In this document: positions 57,987 to 64,000 of the stretch, one piece after another
How the letters are laid out: the number at the start of each line of letters is the position of its first letter
Position numbering within the stretch: the stretch's first letter is position 1
NCBI RefSeq assembly: GCF_036917315.1
Contig: NZ_JBALDR010000064.1
Coordinates: forward strand, 159,311 to 223,310
DNA from: Nostoc sp.
GTDB taxonomy: Bacteria > Cyanobacteriota > Cyanobacteriia > Cyanobacteriales > Nostocaceae
Direction of reading: 5' to 3'
Length of the DNA stretch: 64,000 bases
The notes under the pieces: model-generated
What the model was told of the DNA's origin: nothing
Seen by the model: the letters and a program-made list of their open reading frames with translations, nothing else
The model's database searches: none
Translations under genes and position numbers: made by a program

Positions 57987-58513
57987 ACTTTACTAAATTT
58001 TGGTAATGCCCCATCTTTGGAATAACAAGCTATTGATATAAATGTTATTAAAAAATTTACTTAACCTGCTAGGGTGATTTTTGGTATATTTTAAAAATCA
58101 AAATTTACTACTTTTATTAATCTCACTTGATTTAATAACTTAAAAAAACATTCCATAACACTTGAAGGATTTTAAAACCTAGTAGTAACCACCTATTTAT
58201 TTTATTTTTTAATATATAAAAATTTAATTTCTGAGTTAGTGCTTTAGCCAAGTGTATAAAAAGATACTAGAAAAGCAAGAAATAACAAATCACTGAATAG
58301 ATCCGCTTTATTTGTGTCTAACTGCATCTATAGTTTTATGTTTCTTGACTCAAAACAGAGTCGCTATTGTCTTGTTATTTGGGTATATCACTTTGCAAAG
58401 TTAATTTTATTACCTGATGTAGCAATAGATTTACTAATAATCTTTAAGAAAATTACGCAGAAATCAGCTTCAATGAGACAATCTGACCTAATCTTCTCCA
58501 CCTAAAGGAAGAC

Positions 58514-58789
58514 ATGAACGATCGCACAAAGGCTCTCCAGGCACTCGCCGCTGAACGTTGGCGGGTATCCTTGATTCTGACTGGAGCCATGATGTTTATT
58601 TACTTCGGCTTTATCCTATTAATCGCGTTCAATAAACCCCTGCTGGGGTCATTAGTAGTTCCTGGCCTCAGCCTGGGAATTTTACTAGGGGCGCTGGTAA
58701 TTGTCTCAGCATGGGTATTAATTTTTATCTATGTACGTTGGGCAAATAGTAGTTATGACGACCAAATTGCAAGGCTGACACGCAAGTAG
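58514..58789 (+). CDS. DUF485 (YjcH-like) membrane protein
   Basis: Two TMs, IYFGFILL, YVRWAN..YD; upstream of the symporter. Confidence 0.9.
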   Translation: MNDRTKALQALAAERWRVSLILTGAMMFIYFGFILLIAFNKPLLGSLVVPGLSLGILLGALVIVSAWVLIFIYVRWANSSYDDQIARLTRK

Positions 58790-58870
58790 AAAAGTGCTGA
58801 GTGCTGAGTAAGGCAATTAGCTATAAGCAATTTCTAGTCCCAAATTCAAAAATACTAAACCAAAAAAAGC

Positions 58871-60439
58871 ATGAATAGTGTGTGGTTCGATCTGCCGCTA
58901 GCGGCGGATATTACCAGTCTTGGTAAGTTTAACCCGTTGGCGATCGCTTTCTTCTTTCTGTTTGTTGTAAGTTCTTTAGGCATTACCTATTGGGCGGCAA
59001 AGCTTACCAAAAATACGGCACAGTTCTATACAGCTGGTGGAAAAATCAGCGGTTTCCAAAATGGGCTGGCCCTAGCAGGAGACTTTATGAGTGCAGCTAG
59101 CTTTTTAGGTATAGCTGGGCTGGTGGCACTCAACGGCTTTGATGGCTTAATTTACTCTATCGGCTTCTTGGTGGGCTGGCCGATTGTTATGTTCCTAATT
59201 GCCGAACCACTACGAAACTTAGGTAAATACACCTTTGCCGATGTAGTGGCTTTTCGCTTGCAGCAAAAACCTGTACGTATTGCATCTGCAATTGGAACGC
59301 TGGTAGTAATTAGCTTTTACTTAATTGCCCAGATGGTAGGTGCTGGGGAATTAATCAAACTACTGTTTGGCTTTGATTATGAATTAGCTGTGGTCATCGT
59401 CGGTTGTGTGATGATGGCTTATGTGATTTTTGGCGGGATGATTGCCACCACTTGGGTACAAATTATCAAAGCAGTTTTGTTGCTCGGCGGAACTATTTTA
59501 CTAGCTATCTTGGTACTGGCACGATTTGGCTTTAACCCACTTGCTCTTTTCGCCGCTGCATCTGAGAAATATACAGGTGTATTAGCTCCGGGCAAACTGG
59601 TTTCTAACCCTTTGGATGCTATCTCTTTAGGGATGTCGTTGATGTTCGGCACTGCTGGATTACCCCACATCCTGATGCGTTTCTATACAGTACCCGATGC
59701 CAAAGCAGCGCGGCTCTCTGTTACTTATGCCACAGCTATTATTGGCGTTTTTTATCTTCTTACCTTCATCCTGGGCTTTGGAGCGATGGTACTGGTAGGT
59801 AAAGATGCCATTGAGAAAATTGGTACTGGTGGTAACATGGCTGCGCCGATGTTGGCAGAATTTCTCGGTGGTGATGCTTTCTTAGGCTTTATTGCGGCTG
59901 TTTCCTTTGCAACTATTTTGGCAGTTGTCGCTGGGTTGACACTCTCAGGTGCAGCTGCATTGTCTCATGATTTATGGGTAAATGTGGTGCGCTCTGGCCA
60001 TGCTGACGAGTCAGAACAATTGAAGGTGGCTCGTGGTGCGACAATGCTTTTGGGGTTAGTGGCGATATTCTTGGGTATCTTGTTTAAAGGGCAAAATGTA
60101 GCCTATATGGTAGGTTTAGCATTTGCGATCGCTGCGAGTGCAAACTTTCCAGCGTTACTCTTATCAATGCTTTGGCGACGCTTCACAACCAATGGTGCAG
60201 TTGCAAGTATGTTAGTAGGAACTGTCTCCTCTTTAGTGCTGATTTATTTATCACCTACTATTCAAGTAACGATTCTCAAGCACGCTTCTGCACCCTTTCC
60301 TCTAAAAAATCCTGGATTAATCAGTATCCCACTGGCGTTTATTGTGGCGATTGTCGTTTCACTATTGAGTACTGAACAGCTGGCACAGGAAAAATTTGCG
60401 GAAGTTGAGGATCGCATTCACATTGGTTCTGGGATGTGA
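58871..60439 (+). CDS. actP: Cation/acetate symporter (SSS family)
   Basis: [51 protein letters not shown]. Confidence 0.92.
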   Translation: MNSVWFDLPLAADITSLGKFNPLAIAFFFLFVVSSLGITYWAAKLTKNTAQFYTAGGKISGFQNGLALAGDFMSAASFLGIAGLVALNGFDGLIYSIGFLVGWPIVMFLIAEPLRNLGKYTFADVVAFRLQQKPVRIASAIGTLVVISFYLIAQMVGAGELIKLLFGFDYELAVVIVGCVMMAYVIFGGMIATTWVQIIKAVLLLGGTILLAILVLARFGFNPLALFAAASEKYTGVLAPGKLVSNPLDAISLGMSLMFGTAGLPHILMRFYTVPDAKAARLSVTYATAIIGVFYLLTFILGFGAMVLVGKDAIEKIGTGGNMAAPMLAEFLGGDAFLGFIAAVSFATILAVVAGLTLSGAAALSHDLWVNVVRSGHADESEQLKVARGATMLLGLVAIFLGILFKGQNVAYMVGLAFAIAASANFPALLLSMLWRRFTTNGAVASMLVGTVSSLVLIYLSPTIQVTILKHASAPFPLKNPGLISIPLAFIVAIVVSLLSTEQLAQEKFAEVEDRIHIGSGM

Positions 60440-60538
60440 TTTTGTCATTTGTCATTTGTCATTTGTCATTGGGCATCAAGAAGAGACAAGGTAGAGATTT
60501 GTTCAATAATTCCCCCTTGTCTCCTTGTCCCCTCATCT

Positions 60539-60626
60539 CCCCTGCTCCCCTGCTCCCCTGCCCCCCTGCTCCCCTGCTCCCCTGCCCCCCTGCTCCCCTG
60601 CTCCCCTGCCCCCCTGCTCCCCTGCT
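60539..60626. repeat. 11 copies of CCCCTGC(T/C) with a 24-bp higher-order period, between convergent genes
   Basis: Last base of the units runs T,T,C,T,T,C,T,T,C,T,T; preceded by TTTGTCA heptamers at about 60441-60470. Confidence 0.9.
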
Positions 60627-60639
60627 CCCTGCCCCTCTG

Positions 60640-61482
60640 CTACTGCCCAAGTTCTTTGATGTTATTCATCACTTGTTGGTATAAGTCGTTGTTACCTTGA
60701 CTTTGAAAAATGTTTGCTGCTTGTTGTAAGTCCTTGAGCGCCCCCTGTTTGTCTCCATTGGTGGCGCGGGCATTTCCTCGGTTATTGTAGGCAGGGGCAA
60801 AGTTACGATTGAGGCGAATGGCTTGATTGTAATCTGCGATCGCACCCTTGGGATCTCCATTGGCAGCACGGGCATTTCCTCGGTTATTATAAGCGATCGC
60901 ATATCTGGGGTTGAGGAGAATCGCTTGACCAAGATCGTCTATTGCCCCTTTTTTATCTCCATTGGCGGCGCGGGCATTTCCTCGGTTATTGTAAGCTTCG
61001 GCATAGTTGGGATTTAGGCGAATCGCTTCACTGTAATCTTTAACTGCTTCTCTGTTGTTTCCCAGTGAGGCGCGGGCATTCCCCAAGTTATTGTGGGCTT
61101 CGGCGTCGTTAGGGTTGATGCGGAGTGCTTGATTGTAATCTGCGATCGCTTTTTCCTTGTCTCCCAAATCAAAGTAGGCTAATCCCCGCGCGTTGTAGGC
61201 AGCGCCATACTGAGAATTTTGACTAATTGCCTTACCATAGGAAGCGATCGCAGCTTGCAAGTCGCCGTTTAAATGCTGATTCTTTCCCTGAAGATAAAAT
61301 TCCCCACCATTGGAATTTGTAGCTGAACCACGGCTAGGTTGACTAACTCCTATTTCTGTTACTAATACATTGTCATTCTTACTACAAGAAATACTGCTAG
61401 TTGCTGTCAATGTAGTAAAAATAGCTATGGTAAATAAAGTATTTACCCTTGTTCGCTTTTGCCCAAATAAACGCCGTCTCAT
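60640..61482 (-). CDS. TPR protein with lipoprotein-like N-terminus
   Basis: Hydrophobic stretch followed by ISCS; repeated AYNNRGNARA...GD..GAI.DY TPRs. Confidence 0.9.
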   Translation of the reverse strand: MRRRLFGQKRTRVNTLFTIAIFTTLTATSSISCSKNDNVLVTEIGVSQPSRGSATNSNGGEFYLQGKNQHLNGDLQAAIASYGKAISQNSQYGAAYNARGLAYFDLGDKEKAIADYNQALRINPNDAEAHNNLGNARASLGNNREAVKDYSEAIRLNPNYAEAYNNRGNARAANGDKKGAIDDLGQAILLNPRYAIAYNNRGNARAANGDPKGAIADYNQAIRLNRNFAPAYNNRGNARATNGDKQGALKDLQQAANIFQSQGNNDLYQQVMNNIKELGQ

Positions 61483-61758
61483 AAGTTAATATAAACTGCC
61501 ATAATACCTGAATGTAATTAGTACCAAAATCTAGATTTTAATTCTTTAGCTCAATAACTATTCTAACTTTTGATAGCCCTTTAAAGCTAATTGACAAATT
61601 TCCCTAATATTTTATAGATTTATAAGATGAGCCAAGAGGCAGTGTTTCGACTACGCTCAACAACCGGACAGTAGGCAGGAGGAAAGAATTATGAAATTTA
61701 AAAATTTATTCTTCACAATAACTCTATAAAATCTGACATTTGTATCAATATGAACAAT

Positions 61759-62679
61759 TTACTCATCCTCTATTTCACTCTCTGGAGTTTTAGAAGTTAG
61801 TCGCCAAGAGGTAGTTTTGTCAATATCTACAGATAGTTGTTCTAGATTTTCCCCTAAATCTTTTTGGAGTTTCTGAGTTAGTGTAATCGGAAAATCTAAA
61901 TTAATACCTTGAGTTTGGGCTAGCTTTGCCAATTCTGTAAATGCAGCTTTGATTGTAGTCCGTTCATAACTAGTCAGCTTATAATCATAAGTTTCTGATA
62001 TATCCTGAGCTTGCATGGCTTTTTTTATACGTTCTTGCAAATGCTCAAATTCTGAATTCAACAATTTCCATTGCTGCTCAACTTGCGAGTATCTAGCACT
62101 TAGCGATCTTAAGTCTTCTGTTGCAGGTTCGGGACTGGCTTGGGCTTGTAAGCCTAACAAGTTTAGGTGAATTTGAGCAAGATAAATGCAGTCTAGGTAA
62201 GCATACTCTATCTGTTCTTCAGTCAGAGGGCGTTTTGCCCAATCGCTTTTTTGTTCTTGTTTATCGATATTATTAAAGCTACAAAGTGCTGTAGCTATGG
62301 TCTTGAGTTGGTAGTTGGGTAATGGCAAAAGATAGTAGGGAATTTTTTTGGCCATTTCCAAAGTGCAAGTAATATTTTTGGCTTTCTTGCTACCGAGAAA
62401 TTTTAGATCGTAACTCGCGTTGTGAAAAACTTTTTCAATTGCAGAATTTATCATAATTTGCTCGATAAATTCAGCTATAATATTAGGCTGGTCTAAGACA
62501 TCTAAAAGATAGACGCGATCGCCACTCATATCTTGAGGATTATCTAATACCTGAATCAGCGATAATCGGGGATTACGACTTTTATAGTCAGCGACTTCTG
62601 TATCTATCCACAGTGTTTTAGCGTTTGTATATTCAGCGACAATAGCACGAATTTCGCTAGCCGAAGTAAGGTAGGGCAT
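61759..62679 (-). CDS. RNase D-like 3'-5' exonuclease with C-terminal helical extension
   Basis: LWIDTE, KVFHNASYDL, QKSDWAKRPLTEEQIEYAYLD. Confidence 0.9.
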   Translation of the reverse strand: MPYLTSASEIRAIVAEYTNAKTLWIDTEVADYKSRNPRLSLIQVLDNPQDMSGDRVYLLDVLDQPNIIAEFIEQIMINSAIEKVFHNASYDLKFLGSKKAKNITCTLEMAKKIPYYLLPLPNYQLKTIATALCSFNNIDKQEQKSDWAKRPLTEEQIEYAYLDCIYLAQIHLNLLGLQAQASPEPATEDLRSLSARYSQVEQQWKLLNSEFEHLQERIKKAMQAQDISETYDYKLTSYERTTIKAAFTELAKLAQTQGINLDFPITLTQKLQKDLGENLEQLSVDIDKTTSWRLTSKTPESEIEDE

Positions 62680-63146
62680 TGGCTAATATTTCCTGATATT
62701 TAAGGCATTGTAAGTAAGCCATAGTTTTATAAAGTAACATTTTGTTGGTAAGAATGCTTATACAGGATTGGAAAAAAGCTGAAGTTTGAAATTCGTCATA
62801 GACATCGCCAAATTGACTCAAATCTGATAACATCGAGTCACTACTGTAGAGTGGCATAGTCTACCATCAAAACAGCTACTCAGCATCTACCTTAAAGTCA
62901 TAGAGATCCACAGACTGTGTGTAAAGCCATCCTGGTTAGCAGCCGTCAGAAAAATTGAATTGGCATTTCTCAAAACTAGGCGCAAAATCTTAGCTTCAAG
63001 AAATCGTCCAAATTTCAATTTTCAGCAACCTGAGCTATTGCTTAAGCACTTTTGCTACTTCACTTTTAATTGTTTTTTTAAATTTGCTCCTCATCATCAC
63101 ACACACCTCAATTAACCGCTTCAAGTACTCAATTCGGAGATAGATA

Positions 63147-63605
63147 ATGAAAAAGCTAATTCTATTGGTAGTTAGTAGCATTTTGGTAGTTGGTACTTTT
63201 GGCTGCCAAGAGGCTCCTAAAACTGGTTCAGAAACTCCTAGCACAACTAATGAAGCCGCTCAAGCACCAGCAAAACCAGCTTCGCAGACAAATCAAACTG
63301 CCAAAGTTCCAGAAACACAAGCTACTCCTTTAGCAGCTAATACAGGTACGAAAGTTAAAACCGATGCTGAAAAAACGGCAGCAACAAAAGCTAAGAGCGA
63401 TTTAAAAACTGAAGTTAGCGCCAAGTTGAATAAAGGCTTACCAGGCAACAAGTTGCAAGTTGAAAACAAAGAGGGTGAAATTATCCTCAAAGGTACAGCC
63501 GCTTCTGTTGAAGAACTCAAGAAAGCTGAAACCTTAGCTAAAGAAGTTCAAGGTGTGAAGACAGTCAAGGTAGAAGCAAAAGTTGATACTGTGAAAAAGC
63601 CATAA
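63147..63605 (+). CDS. BON domain lipoprotein
   Basis: TFGC lipobox, Ala/Thr/Pro linker, LKTEVSAKL...ILKGTA...EVQGVKTV. Confidence 0.88.
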   Translation: MKKLILLVVSSILVVGTFGCQEAPKTGSETPSTTNEAAQAPAKPASQTNQTAKVPETQATPLAANTGTKVKTDAEKTAATKAKSDLKTEVSAKLNKGLPGNKLQVENKEGEIILKGTAASVEELKKAETLAKEVQGVKTVKVEAKVDTVKKP

Positions 63606-63688
63606 AAGAATAGACCTTTTGGATAAATCAAAAATAAAGAACCCCACCCCGCATTTGAGTAAAGCAAACCTTCCACCTCCCCACAAGC

Positions 63689-63800
63689 CTACGGTGTAGA
63701 CAACAAGTCAAATTACCCCCCTTAATCCCCCCTTATAAAGGGGGGAAATAAGAAATCTTGTTCTCTCCCCTTTCTAAGGGGAGGGTTAGGGAGGGGTATT
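63689..63800. mobile_element. Truncated copy of the 50466-type MITE (left end only)
   Basis: ctacggtgtagacaacaagtcaaattaccccccttaatcccccttataaagggggg... matches 50466 onward; right TIR not seen. Confidence 0.7.
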
Positions 63801-64000
63801 TTTGTACTTCATTAACTTGCAATCTACTGTAAATAAAAGTAAGGAATATAGAGGTTATCAGTTGGGTGCAATATATAGCGGTTTTCAGTTGAATAAGGTA
63901 AAAAACCTCACCCACAACCCTCTAAGAGAATGTTTTAAATTCTATTTTTCATCTTTCAACTTCCATTATTTGAACCTCGATAAATTCGCTCCATCTGCTC

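Noticed and set aside
58254-58267. GTA-N8-TAC NtcA-like site upstream of the DUF485-actP operon
   Set aside because: No TAN3T -10 box at the usual spacing, and the motif is frequent by chance in AT-rich DNA
60436-60700. Pro/Leu/Cys-rich and Gly/Arg-rich ORFs
   Set aside because: Translations of the CCCCTGCT array
62657-62857. 66-aa minus-strand ORF upstream of the exonuclease
   Set aside because: Overlaps the downstream start in another frame, contains a decayed GCGATGTCTA repeat, and has no recognisable motif
1-64000. Many 60-130 aa ORFs nested antisense or out of frame within long genes
   Set aside because: Fully explained as shadows of confidently assigned CDSs

Overview
64 kb of a heterocystous cyanobacterial chromosome, most likely Nostoc, judged from abundant HIP1 GCGATCGC, STRR heptamers and typical gene content. 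From left to right it holds: a partial NarL/Ycf29-type response regulator; smpB; an ictB / GAF-kinase-like / DegT / cyanoexosortase B / wza / wzc exopolysaccharide locus; tandem rhomboids; uvrB; pfkA; era; katB; heme oxygenase-hemN; a CBM20-SGNH-DUF1796 fusion; a BamHI-like restriction-modification cassette; a malonyl-CoA-synthetase-like gene; corA; a Ser/Thr pseudokinase-TPR; lysC; a split MprF-like system with two esterases; and an actP operon. Most notable observations: (1) the R-M cassette has an excisionase-type HTH gene followed by a perfect 12-8-12 palindrome lying over a near-consensus TTGACA-N17-TATACT promoter of the methyltransferase; (2) a split, divergently arranged MprF brackets two exported serine esterases; (3) 18-27 nt elements are inserted into HIP1 or HIP1-like sites, two in-frame inside genes and one 22-nt copy frameshifting a gene; (4) MITEs are nested with 10-bp target duplications; (5) two apparent pseudokinases; (6) an uncharacterised 19-aa repeat protein. 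I found no rRNA, tRNA, CRISPR array or intact transposase by eye. All family calls come from motif recognition, not database searches.
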